Shown piece by piece: positions 30,727-40,388 of a stretch of DNA of 64,000 nt. The DNA lies in contig JAYVZE010000017.1 in the NCBI GenBank assembly GCA_043783625.1, positions 2,230 through 66,229 of the forward strand, in the 5' to 3' direction. This stretch comes from Blastocatellia bacterium (GTDB taxonomy: Bacteria > Acidobacteriota > Blastocatellia > RBC074). Within the stretch, counting starts at the first letter, position 1, and every line of letters begins with the position of its first letter. Under the pieces are notes generated by a model that saw only the letters and a list, made by a program, of their open reading frames with translations, made no database searches and was not told the DNA's origin. A program made the position numbers and the translations under genes.

Positions 30727-33722
30727 AACTTGTCCTTAATGGGAAATCGCAGATGAAGGGTCGTTCCGTGACCTGGTACGGAACGAATGGTCATGTGTCC
30801 GGCTAACAACTTAGATCGTTCAATAATACTTTGCAGACCCAAACCACTGTAACCCCATTTGTCAGTTTGCGCCTTCACCACAAATCCACACCCGTTGTCG
30901 GTAATCATCAATTCAAGGCGATGTGGTTTTCGATTAATTGTTATTGTTACCTGCGAGGCTGCTGCATGTTTACTGATATTATTAAGCCCTTCCTGCACAA
31001 TTCGGTAGAGATTATTTTCCCCTTCTTTGGATAATGCACCATCCAGATTGTCTAATTGCTTGATGATTTGCCAACTCTGCGCAGCGGAGACGCGGTCAAG
31101 CAGATCGGAGATGGCTTCGGAAACACCCACCCGATCCAGTTGATGAGGACGCAAATCAAAGATGATTTCTTTGACCTCATCCAAGGCGAAGGTTGAGGCT
31201 TCGGCGATTTCCTGCAATTGTTCTTTGATTTGTTCCCGATCATCGACTGAATGCAAGCCGGTCAGTGCCCGTCGTTTGATAATCACCAGACTTTGACTTA
31301 ATCCGTCATGCATTTCGACCGCCATCCGCTGCCGTTCCCGTTCCTGTGATGCGATTAGTTGGCGGGCGAAATTTTCTTTTTGTGAAGCACGACGGTGCAA
31401 ACGTGAAAGTGACCAATAGTAAATGAACAGGAGCAGCCCCAGCACAAATGTTCCAAACAGGATTCGAGCCAACGATGTTTGCCAGAAGCGAGGTTGTACT
31501 TTTATTTGGATGGTAGCTTCGTGCAAGCTCCAGCCTCCAGCGGGGTTGGCAGCAATAAGTCGGAAACTATAGTTACCGGGTGGAAGCTGTGAGTAGAGTG
31601 CTGTGCGACGCGAACCAGCCGCAATCCAATCATTATCGAAACCCTCCAATTTATACATAAACTGAAGTTGTTCAGGTTTTGTTAAAGCTAACCCTGTATA
31701 CTGAATCTCTAAATTATTTATTCCGGGCGCAATTTTGATAGGAGATAAAGTATTTTGTGACTCCCTATCCAGAAAAACCTGCTCAATTGCCACCAACGGA
31801 GTCAAGACGTTACGGTTGTCAGGGGTGACGATGGCAATACCGCGAATCATTGGAAACCAAAGCTGCCCGTTTTGCATTTGCCAGCCAGCGGGAGAGGTTC
31901 CGCCATTGCCTTCCGTGACATCCAACCCATCAGAAACACCAAAGGCTTCACACAGCACCATTTTTGTTTTACCGCTGAGAAAATCATTGAGTCTTTGTCG
32001 GTCCAGACTAAAAATTCCACGATTCCCCAGCAACCAAAACTGATGCTTCTTATCAACTAAAATACGTGAAATAAAATCATCTGGAAGCCCGTTTTTAGTC
32101 GTGATATGCTCGAACTGGCCAGACTGAAACCGATTTAATCCACCACCGTAGGTAGCAATCCAAAGCACGCCATCCTCATCTTCATAAATGTCTCGAATAT
32201 AATCATTCGAGAGTCCTTCACGGGTTGTGTAATTGGTAAAAACACCATCTTTGAAATGACTGAGTCCCTTCACCGTGCCAATCCACAAACCTCCTTCTTT
32301 GTCTTCAAAAATTACTTTCACCTCCGCATGGACAAGCCCGTCAGATGCGCGGTAGTGTTTAATTTGCCCATCCCGGAAATGCCCCAATCCATCCTGAGAT
32401 CCCAGCCAGATTTGCCCGGAACGATCTTCAGCTATAGTTGACACACGCCCTAGAGATGGATCCTTATATTCGGTAAATTTTCCCTGCTGCAAATGCGTAA
32501 CTCCGTTAAATTGTCCGATCCATAATGTATCGTCGTGAGCTGCATAAAGCGCAGCAATCTCAGGTAGTTTAGCTGAGATCGTATTTCGAAAATCCAAAGT
32601 TACTTGTCCGTCCTGAATACGACATAAGCCCTTCTCTGTGCTGAGCCAGATATTGTTTCGATGGTCTTGTATAATGGATGAGACGTTGTATGGGAGCATC
32701 GAGATATTTCGAGGGCTGATTCGGTACAGACCGTCCCCGGATATTCCCAGCCAAAAATTTCCTTCTGTATCCTCAAACAATGAACGGGTAACTTGATTTT
32801 TTGCCAAGCTTGTTTTGTGTAAAAAAAGTTGTTCAGATTTTTCATTAAACAGGTCTCCGGTGTCAGGACTAAACCAGAGGGCAGATGTTAGCCCTGAAAC
32901 TATGGACATACGGGATGATTTATTAGCAAAAGCACGATGAACTTTGTAACGGCGATCCATGAAATGACCGATACTATTTGTGGTACTTAACCAAAAACCA
33001 CCATCCACATGAGGAAAGATTGCCATCGGATGATCTTTTGGGTTTGTTTGAATTTGCTGTGTGCTAATAATTTTCCCATTGTGAAATTCAACTAACCCCA
33101 AGGGAGTGGCTACCCATAAATTGCCATCGGTAGCTTCGCTGATTGAGGTGACATTGTTGTCTGGTAATCCCGCATGGCGATCAAAATGCTGTGACTGTGT
33201 GGGGTCTTGCTGATCGAAGCGCGTCAGCCCTGTGGTAACCGTGCTAAAATACATTGCCCCTGCCTTGTCTTCGTAAATTGTCTGGATGAAGTTGTACCCG
33301 ATGCCAGCACCAGTCGTTTCAAAATAATGGAAGACACCGTTGCGATAGTAGTAAATTTCGCAGGCATCAGTGCCGATCCATAATTTTCCGTCCCGGCTGA
33401 CATAGAGCGAGGTGATCCGATTACTTTTGAGGACAGGGGTATTGCTGGTATTGAAGATCGTGAATTTTAAGCCATCAAAGCGGGCTAATCCGCCAAACGT
33501 TCCCAACCACAAGTACCCATCTTGCGTCTGGACAATGGCTACGACGGTATTTTGTGGTAATCCATCCTCGGTTGTCCAATGTTTTGCAATGAAAGGGGTA
33601 GCTGAGACTGGACTGCCAGTCTGTGCCCTGACACCCACCACCAGCAGTTCCCAAAAGGCAAAAGCTAATCCTATTTGCCATAGCAAGATAAACTTATTTC
33701 GCATAAATGATAGAATGCGCAC
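30723..33722 (-). CDS. Sensor histidine kinase with a periplasmic two-component-regulator propeller plus Y_Y_Y domain, one TM helix, and HisKA_3 and HATPase_c domains.
   Basis: Repeated 'DG.LW(I/L)GT..GL..F' Reg_prop blades. TM 'ILFGTFVLGLLLFIYYW'. H-box 'EMHDGLSQSL'. HATPase 'DNGCGF ... GYSGLGLQSIIER'. The stop overlaps the regulator start (ATGA). GTG at 33722 or ATG at 33704 are candidate starts. Confidence 0.8.
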   Translation of the reverse strand: MRILSFMRNKFILLWQIGLAFAFWELLVVGVRAQTGSPVSATPFIAKHWTTEDGLPQNTVVAIVQTQDGYLWLGTFGGLARFDGLKFTIFNTSNTPVLKSNRITSLYVSRDGKLWIGTDACEIYYYRNGVFHYFETTGAGIGYNFIQTIYEDKAGAMYFSTVTTGLTRFDQQDPTQSQHFDRHAGLPDNNVTSISEATDGNLWVATPLGLVEFHNGKIISTQQIQTNPKDHPMAIFPHVDGGFWLSTTNSIGHFMDRRYKVHRAFANKSSRMSIVSGLTSALWFSPDTGDLFNEKSEQLFLHKTSLAKNQVTRSLFEDTEGNFWLGISGDGLYRISPRNISMLPYNVSSIIQDHRNNIWLSTEKGLCRIQDGQVTLDFRNTISAKLPEIAALYAAHDDTLWIGQFNGVTHLQQGKFTEYKDPSLGRVSTIAEDRSGQIWLGSQDGLGHFRDGQIKHYRASDGLVHAEVKVIFEDKEGGLWIGTVKGLSHFKDGVFTNYTTREGLSNDYIRDIYEDEDGVLWIATYGGGLNRFQSGQFEHITTKNGLPDDFISRILVDKKHQFWLLGNRGIFSLDRQRLNDFLSGKTKMVLCEAFGVSDGLDVTEGNGGTSPAGWQMQNGQLWFPMIRGIAIVTPDNRNVLTPLVAIEQVFLDRESQNTLSPIKIAPGINNLEIQYTGLALTKPEQLQFMYKLEGFDNDWIAAGSRRTALYSQLPPGNYSFRLIAANPAGGWSLHEATIQIKVQPRFWQTSLARILFGTFVLGLLLFIYYWSLSRLHRRASQKENFARQLIASQERERQRMAVEMHDGLSQSLVIIKRRALTGLHSVDDREQIKEQLQEIAEASTFALDEVKEIIFDLRPHQLDRVGVSEAISDLLDRVSAAQSWQIIKQLDNLDGALSKEGENNLYRIVQEGLNNISKHAAASQVTITINRKPHRLELMITDNGCGFVVKAQTDKWGYSGLGLQSIIERSKLLAGHMTIRSVPGHGTTLHLRFPIKDKL

Positions 33723-34220
33723 ATCAGGAGTATTTAAGGCTGAGAACCCTGACAGGCTACCTCCAGTTTAGGAAACAGGAGTTTGCGATAAAATAACGGG
33801 GCTCACTGACATAAAAACTACCTGATCTAGCGTAGGCTATTGAGTTCACGCTTTTTCAGTTCTCTCTGGCGAAAGCTGGGAATGCGTCCCTTCTAAGGGG
33901 AAGTCTATATTATGTATTGTAGTTAGACCACTTACTCTTCGTGGATTCGTTTCGTAGTTTTTCTACAATCGTTTATTACAATACACTAGCGCGGATGATG
34001 TAGCAATATACTTGATATGCAGCGAGTGTCCCAGCCTTGAATCAGGGAATTAGCAGGTCAAAACAGGCGTGCAGAAGATGTGCTGTTTGTCCCCTTTATC
34101 TTCCGTAGGCTTCTACCTTTTCTTCCTAAACGTAAGATCATTTACTGATCGCAAGGAGTTTTGTTGTTTAATTCTTCCTTTGGGTTATACTTGCCGACTA
34201 TTTTGAGAAAGTTATAAGTA

Positions 34221-35891
34221 TTGTTGAATATGTCGAATGATAAATTAGAGATCACTCCCTTAGGTGGACTAGGGTTCTTTGGAATGAATATGACCGTGTT
34301 TCGTTACGGCGGTCAAATGATGATTGTTGATGCGGGCATGATGTTTCCTGATGAGGATTTGCTCGGCGTAGACATTGCCATTCCTGATTTTACTTACATT
34401 GAGGAACACCGCGACGAAATCGTTGGCATCGTCCTCACGCACGCGCACGAAGACCATATCGGCGCTCTCCCGTTTTTGCTTCAGCTCGTTAATGTTCCCA
34501 TCTACGCTACAAAATTCACCTTTGGTTTAGTTGAAAATAAACTGAATGAATTCGGCTTGCTTGGCGAAGCTGAGACGCACACGATTGCGCCGCTGGAGAG
34601 CTTTGAATTAGGGCCGTTTGAAATTGAATTTATTCAGGTTTCACACTCATTGGTAGATTGTGTCGCACTGGCGATTACGACTCCGGTGGGAGTTGTGATT
34701 CATACGGGCGATTTCAAAGTTGATGAGACTCCGGTGATTGGCGATGCGATTGATTTGAAGCGGCTGCATGAATACGGCGATAAAGGCGTCCTTGCGTTGA
34801 TGGCGGATTCTACGAATGTCGAAAAAGAAGGTCGCACCGGTTCGGAACGATCCGTGATTCCGGGGCTGGATACTATTTTCAGCCAGGCGGAAGGGCGCGT
34901 CATCGTAGCCTGTTTTGCGACCAGCATTCATCGTTTGCAAATCGTCTGTGATTTAGCGGCGGAGTATGGGCGCCATGTGGCTCTCGTCGGGCGCAGCATG
35001 ATCCGTAATTTCGAGACGGCGCAACGATTGAATTTTCTCGATTTGCCGCATGGATTATTAGTCAGTCCGGGCGAAGCTAAAAAAATGTCTCCGTCAAAAG
35101 TCACGCTGATGGTGACCGGATCGCAGGGCGAACCGATGGCTGCGCTGCCCAGAATGTCCGTAGATCAGCATCGTGATGCGAGTATTGTCAAAGGTGATAC
35201 CGTAGTCATTTCAGCACGTCAGATTCCAGGTAATGAACGTAGCATTTCTCGAATGATGAATAATATGTTCAAGAAAGATGCGAACGTCATTGACAGTAGT
35301 GTCGCACGCATTCACGTTTCGGGTCACGGGCGTCAAGGCGATTTGCAAATTATGTATGATGCCGTTCGTCCAAAATTTTTGATCCCGATTCACGGCGAAA
35401 CCCGTCAGCTTTATCGTCACGCGGCCGCTGCGAAAAAATGGGGACATTCTTCAGACCGCATTATTTTGTCAGAAAGCGGAGACGTGATTGAACTGGATGA
35501 AAACAGTGGCTTCGTCGGAAGTAAAGTTCAGGTAGGGCGGACGCTGATTGACGATTCTCGTACGGGACGAATTAACGACATGGTGATTCGTGACCGCAAG
35601 CATTTGGCCTACGATGGAATGGTGGTGTCAATCGTGACGATTAATAAACAATCCGGCGAAATGGAAACTCCGCCCGAAGTCGTCCAGCGCGGCTTGGCGG
35701 TCAACGATGCGAATGGAGAATTTACCACGCGTGCCAAAAGAATTGTGGCTGAAACGGTAGCCAGAGCTTCGCATGCGGAACGGGTTGACTGGACACAAAT
35801 CAAAGAAAAAATTCGGATTGATTTGAAACGTCATATTCAAAAAGAAATTGGACGTCGCCCGATGATTATTCCGGTAGTACTGGAATTATAA
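34221..35891 (+). CDS. rnj: Ribonuclease J (metallo-beta-lactamase / beta-CASP).
   Basis: 'EITPLGGLG ... [14 protein letters not shown]' and the beta-CASP region '[11 protein letters not shown]'. It is preceded by a leader of about 500 nt. Confidence 0.85.
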   Translation: MLNMSNDKLEITPLGGLGFFGMNMTVFRYGGQMMIVDAGMMFPDEDLLGVDIAIPDFTYIEEHRDEIVGIVLTHAHEDHIGALPFLLQLVNVPIYATKFTFGLVENKLNEFGLLGEAETHTIAPLESFELGPFEIEFIQVSHSLVDCVALAITTPVGVVIHTGDFKVDETPVIGDAIDLKRLHEYGDKGVLALMADSTNVEKEGRTGSERSVIPGLDTIFSQAEGRVIVACFATSIHRLQIVCDLAAEYGRHVALVGRSMIRNFETAQRLNFLDLPHGLLVSPGEAKKMSPSKVTLMVTGSQGEPMAALPRMSVDQHRDASIVKGDTVVISARQIPGNERSISRMMNNMFKKDANVIDSSVARIHVSGHGRQGDLQIMYDAVRPKFLIPIHGETRQLYRHAAAAKKWGHSSDRIILSESGDVIELDENSGFVGSKVQVGRTLIDDSRTGRINDMVIRDRKHLAYDGMVVSIVTINKQSGEMETPPEVVQRGLAVNDANGEFTTRAKRIVAETVARASHAERVDWTQIKEKIRIDLKRHIQKEIGRRPMIIPVVLEL

Positions 35892-35897
35892 GTCGGT

Positions 35898-35919
35898 GCG
35901 CCCGCATCCTGCGGGCGAG
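35898..35919. repeat. REP family 2 unit (TGCGCCCGCATCCTGCGGGCGA), a probable rnj terminator.
   Basis: Palindrome 7 nt after the rnj stop. Confidence 0.55.
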
Positions 35920-36249
35920 TCGTTTTCCAAAACCCTTGTTTGAAAAAACAGGGGTTTTCTTTTTTGGAATCAGCTCGTCATTACCTCTTTTATTCAACTG
36001 CGAAACAGAATCGTGAACTTGAATTACCGACCCCCAAAGTACGGTATCCCGGATTTCCGCTAGAGCGAGCAATTGCCCGGTGCGGAAAGGGAGTGCGCTG
36101 GAACCGCCCCGAACCTGCCACTCCTTCACATTAGCGAGTTTGATGAATTCGGATTGACTGATTATTTCTTATCACCAATTTTCGGTACATTGGAATCCAT
36201 CAAGAAGATCAACGGCGAGCTACGAACAGCTCGCCGTTTTTGCGTGTGT

Positions 36250-36310
36250 CGGTACGCCAGCATCCTGCTGGCGAGATTTGATATACTGCCAGTAGGATGC
36301 TGGCGTACCG
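36250..36310. terminator. Hairpin CGGTACGCCAGCATCCTGCTGGC ... GCCAGTAGGATGCTGGCGTACCG. It is a variant of the REP family 2 theme, downstream of gene E.
   Basis: 23-nt arms with a 15-nt loop, ending 1 nt before the stop of the minus-strand gene 36311-40009. Confidence 0.6.
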
Positions 36311-39300
36311 TTACCGGATGATGACGGTGAAGCCGACTTCACCGGAATTATCCGGCGTAATCGAACTTAAATATCCTGCTGTTACTCGCCAGCGAACCGC
36401 TTTGACGTTGCGGTCATAATTCGTTGTTGTGCCACCGCCACCGTTGACAGGTGTGTACGTCCAGGTCGCTGCTGCTGGTGTTACCGAGTTATAATCATTT
36501 GAATATTCCACGACAATTGTCAGGCCAGTCGAACCCGGATCAGTGGTGACGGAGCCGATTTTAAAGTCCGTCACCAGTGGGATGGCATCAGTGAGGGTAA
36601 CTTGTTTCGCCAATGAACCTCCGGTGTTAGTGAACGTGATGCTATAAGTGAGTTCTGTTGCAGGCGGTTGTTCACCGGTTGGATTGACGGATTTGCGCAG
36701 TGTTAGACTTGGAGCGGTAACTGCACCGACCGTCACTGTAGTTGGATCAATAGTGGTTGCAATCGTCTGGGGAATTGAACCTACCGGGATTTTCATGTTA
36801 TATGGCGCAGAGGTCACTGTTGCAGACATATCAGAAGTTTGTCCGGCGTTATCAGTGTTAATTCCGGCGAGCGAGATAATGCTGCCGAACCCGGTCGCCT
36901 GATTTGCGATAGTTCCTGTGAATCCGGCATTCATCGTGACCGGAATCGTGATTGTGAATGCCCCGGTGATATTAAGGTTTGCTCCAGCGGCAATAAGATT
37001 ACTGAGCGCACCGCTGGCAGCTCCCGTATACGCTGGATTTTTACCACCGCCAGTTCCGCTGCCGGCGGCTAAGACTGTTTGTCCACCCGTCGTAGTGATG
37101 GTGATTCCAGTTGGAAGTTGATCGTTGATCTGGAAGTTCGTCACCAACGATCCAAGGTTAATATAGTGAATGGTGTAATTTAGTGTGTCGCCAGCCGAAA
37201 TACCTCCACTCGCATCAGCATCAGTGATGAGTTTGATGGATTTGTAAGCAGCAATATTGACCACAGGAGTGGATTCAAACGCACATCCCGCATTTGCAAC
37301 ACTGCCAGACGTATTTTCATTGGCGGCAGTGCAAGCAGTAATTGCGCCAGTGGTGGTGACAGTCGCTTTGTTCGGGTCGCCTCCACTAAAAACTTTCGCT
37401 TGATTGACGACATCAGTCGTGAGGGTGGCAGCGGCATTAATATTGAAAGCAAAGACGCTCGTGCCAGAGGTCGCAGCAATTGCCGTTGTGCTGGTACAGG
37501 TAATTGATTGTGGTGATATGGCGTCACTGTTACACGTCCAGTTGGCAGCTTGTGAGCCAGATAGAGTAACTAAGCCTGACGCCCCATTGTTGACGGTGAT
37601 GCCTGTTGGCAGCGTATCTTTAACGGAAGTCGTGCCGAACGTTACTCCGTTGCCGACATTGGTCACGGTCATCGTGTATGTCATGGATGCACCCGCTTGC
37701 ACTGAAGCAGGTGCAGTCTTCGCAAGCTTGAGGTCAGGCAATCCACTGACAATAAAAGTGGTCGCATCAATTGTTCCCGTAATGGTCTGGGCAACAGAGC
37801 CGGCAGGAATCGTTAAATTATAGGGCGCACTCGTCACCAGTGAAGGCAAGTCAACCGTTGTGCCTGCGTTATCGGACAGCACAGAGGAACTCAGAGCTGT
37901 CCCTGTCCCGCTTGCTTGATTGATAACTGTCCCGGAAAATCCAGTATTAACCCTGACCGGGATGGATACGGTAATCACTCCGCTTGCTGCGAGCGTTGCA
38001 CCTGATGCCAGGAGGTTGCTCACGGCGGCTCCGATTCCTCCGGTATACCCGGTATTGGCTGAAGCACTGGTTCCGCCGCCTGAAACCAGCACAGTTTGTG
38101 TTCCTGTGGCAGCGATGGAAATGCCTGCCGGAAGTAAATCAGTAATTTGGAAATTAGTGGAGTCGCCTGCTCCAGTGTTGGCGTATTGCAAGGTGTAAGT
38201 CAGGGTATCGCCTGCTGTAATTGTTCCACTACTATCCGCGTCAGTTGTGAGCTTGACCGATTTATAGGCAGTCACTAGCGGAAGGGCGACAATGGTGAGT
38301 GAATAGTCTTCGACTTCGCCGCTGGTGGCATTTCCAATGGAGGACTCGGCCTCCGCCTGGGTGTTGCTGAGGCGAAAGCGGGCATAAGTCGCGGCTGCTG
38401 TCATCCCTGCCGGAGTCGTGAAGCTGACATTTTGACTCCCCGAAGCAGTGACTATGACCGTCGCGGATTTCTCACCTGTATCAAGGAAATCACCGTCCTT
38501 ATTGAAGTCAATGTAACCGACCAGATACGACGTTCCCGACGGGTTGGTGACATTGACGGGAACTGTATATGTCTGTCCGGCTGTTGTGGTCAGCGCTGGA
38601 AAACTGGCGACACCATCTTCATCATCCGGGGTTCCGTTGTTGTCATCGCCGTTGGCTGCCACACTCGATTGTGCGCTCGACTCAGGATCAGGTCCTACAC
38701 TGCCAAGATAAGGAGCAGTTGGGATTAAGGTTGCCATCGTCAAACTGTTCACTGTCGTTGTCGTGGTCAGTTGCGAGCCGCCACTCGCAGTGCGCCGCGC
38801 ATAGTGATTAGGTGTGCCGAAGCTGGCCGGAGCATCTCCATAATCAAAGGGCGTCATGATTCCGAAGGCGACCGCTTGGCTTCCACCAGCGAGTACATTC
38901 ACGGAAATCTGATTGATATTTTGAGATAAAGCAAGAAGTGTTCCGCCACCGGTGTTGGTAAGGTCTTCTGTATAGAGAGTGCGTCCGCCATTAGAAAACT
39001 TTGCGGTTAAAACAGAACCCGGAGCTGCCTCAAGCGGTTGCCATGGAGTACCATCTGTCGTCCAGGTTAAGGATTCATTACTGTTACCCGTATCTTCTGC
39101 ATCGGCGGTTACAATATCGGCAGGGACAGCAACTCCATTGATGAGCACACTAAAACTAACATCGAAGGTGGGGTCTTCTGACGCCACAACGTTAAGTAAT
39201 CCGATTGGGTTAATCCCACCATACAAATCATCCAATTTGTCACCGCCCCAGTCCCCCACATTGTAAGGACGAATCGCTTTGGTAATATTCCTGATAGTGG

Positions 39301-40009
39301 CAGTGATAGTCGCTCCGGTGAGTGTCGTCCAGGTTTTTGTAATGGTATCTCCCGGATTAAATTGCGAAGTTGCGCCACAACTCCAATTCAACCAATAGAT
39401 ATTGTTGCGGTATACACCCGTACCAGATGGGGCAAGCACCGCAGTACCAGTCGGGCAGGTGAGTGATACAGGGGCTGCTGCCGGAGTGATGGAGGGAGCC
39501 AGAGCGCACGTAGTACAAGTGCCGGGAGCGACAGGCGTGCCAGTGGCTACCATTTCGAGCGAAGTGCCGCTTTGAAACATCGTCATCGCCGGAAAAATCT
39601 TAAATGGCGTAGTAAAGTTTTTCAGGTCAGGTGGAGGCATTGGTGCTTCGGAATTAGCCCTGAAATTGGTGGAGCGGTTCGCGGCAATCTTGGGTTCGCC
39701 TGTACTTTGCGTCATCCATTCATCAATGCCAATGGCTTTTTCTGCCATTGGCTTCGCTGCTTCCGCTGCTTTTGTTTCGATAGTTTTTGGCAGCCAGGAG
39801 CGGAACTTCGCCACGCCTCGCTGCGCAGTTGCTTCTGCGCCATGCACGAATGGCGTGGCATTAATGAGCATTGGCTGAATCAATAACAAGGTGACAATTA
39901 AGCGGTTGATGCTTTGTCGAAGTGATTCAGGTTTAGTGACCGCTACAAAAAATGAAAAAGTAAGTGAGACCGCACGGCGGCAAAGCAGAAGAGTGCTGGC
40001 TGAGTTCAT
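36311..40009 (-). CDS. Large secreted DUF11-repeat surface protein E (about 1,230 aa) with a GEVED-like domain and a distinctive C-terminal module.
   Basis: Signal-like 'LIVTLLLIQPMLINATPFVHGAEA'. 'YGDAPASFGTPNHY ... FNKDGDFLDTGEKS ... SGEVEDYSL' carries a literal GEVEDY motif. Several DUF11-type units ('AYKSVKL.TDAD.SG.I.AGDTL.YT', 'LP.GI'). C-terminus '...WTYTPVNGGGGTTTNYDRNVKAVRWRVTAGYLSSITPDNSGEVGFTVIIR'. ATG at 40009 preferred over TTG at 40030. Confidence 0.7.
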   Translation of the reverse strand: MNSASTLLLCRRAVSLTFSFFVAVTKPESLRQSINRLIVTLLLIQPMLINATPFVHGAEATAQRGVAKFRSWLPKTIETKAAEAAKPMAEKAIGIDEWMTQSTGEPKIAANRSTNFRANSEAPMPPPDLKNFTTPFKIFPAMTMFQSGTSLEMVATGTPVAPGTCTTCALAPSITPAAAPVSLTCPTGTAVLAPSGTGVYRNNIYWLNWSCGATSQFNPGDTITKTWTTLTGATITATIRNITKAIRPYNVGDWGGDKLDDLYGGINPIGLLNVVASEDPTFDVSFSVLINGVAVPADIVTADAEDTGNSNESLTWTTDGTPWQPLEAAPGSVLTAKFSNGGRTLYTEDLTNTGGGTLLALSQNINQISVNVLAGGSQAVAFGIMTPFDYGDAPASFGTPNHYARRTASGGSQLTTTTTVNSLTMATLIPTAPYLGSVGPDPESSAQSSVAANGDDNNGTPDDEDGVASFPALTTTAGQTYTVPVNVTNPSGTSYLVGYIDFNKDGDFLDTGEKSATVIVTASGSQNVSFTTPAGMTAAATYARFRLSNTQAEAESSIGNATSGEVEDYSLTIVALPLVTAYKSVKLTTDADSSGTITAGDTLTYTLQYANTGAGDSTNFQITDLLPAGISIAATGTQTVLVSGGGTSASANTGYTGGIGAAVSNLLASGATLAASGVITVSIPVRVNTGFSGTVINQASGTGTALSSSVLSDNAGTTVDLPSLVTSAPYNLTIPAGSVAQTITGTIDATTFIVSGLPDLKLAKTAPASVQAGASMTYTMTVTNVGNGVTFGTTSVKDTLPTGITVNNGASGLVTLSGSQAANWTCNSDAISPQSITCTSTTAIAATSGTSVFAFNINAAATLTTDVVNQAKVFSGGDPNKATVTTTGAITACTAANENTSGSVANAGCAFESTPVVNIAAYKSIKLITDADASGGISAGDTLNYTIHYINLGSLVTNFQINDQLPTGITITTTGGQTVLAAGSGTGGGKNPAYTGAASGALSNLIAAGANLNITGAFTITIPVTMNAGFTGTIANQATGFGSIISLAGINTDNAGQTSDMSATVTSAPYNMKIPVGSIPQTIATTIDPTTVTVGAVTAPSLTLRKSVNPTGEQPPATELTYSITFTNTGGSLAKQVTLTDAIPLVTDFKIGSVTTDPGSTGLTIVVEYSNDYNSVTPAAATWTYTPVNGGGGTTTNYDRNVKAVRWRVTAGYLSSITPDNSGEVGFTVIIR

Positions 40010-40297
40010 GTTGTACGTACCCCTACGCAAATAGACAGGGCTGAAAATCTAACGATGATGCATCCGAAGACTGTGGAATCGGAAAAACTGAAGTGGGAGA
40101 ATGAGGTAGCCGGATTAACTATGTCTTCAGGTTGGCGCCCGAAATGAGAGGTTGATGAACTACCCGTCCACTATCAAAAAAACATCGTATGAGTGAGCTG
40201 AGAAAGATTGTGAGTTGTTGACTACAGGGCTAAAGGCGAGAACAGTGTAATCAAAATGAAATAGATTGCAAGAAAAAATTTCAAACTGACCGAACCC

Positions 40298-40351
40298 ACG
40301 CTAAAGTAAATTACCTGATGCTAATGCATCAGGTAATTTACTTTAGCGTGA
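40298..40351. terminator. Intrinsic terminator hairpin downstream of gene D (25-bp perfect stem, 4-nt loop, T-tract on the minus strand).
   Basis: CACGCTAAAGTAAATTACCTGATGC taat GCATCAGGTAATTTACTTTAGCGTG. Confidence 0.65.
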
Positions 40352-40388
40352 ATCTATCAAGATAGTGAGTAGATATTTTTTGTAAGCG

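Noticed and set aside
36073-36321. An 82-aa plus-strand ORF spanning the hairpin downstream of gene E.
   Set aside because: It is built across a palindromic terminator and a short intergenic stretch, and it overlaps the gene E stop. It is almost certainly spurious.
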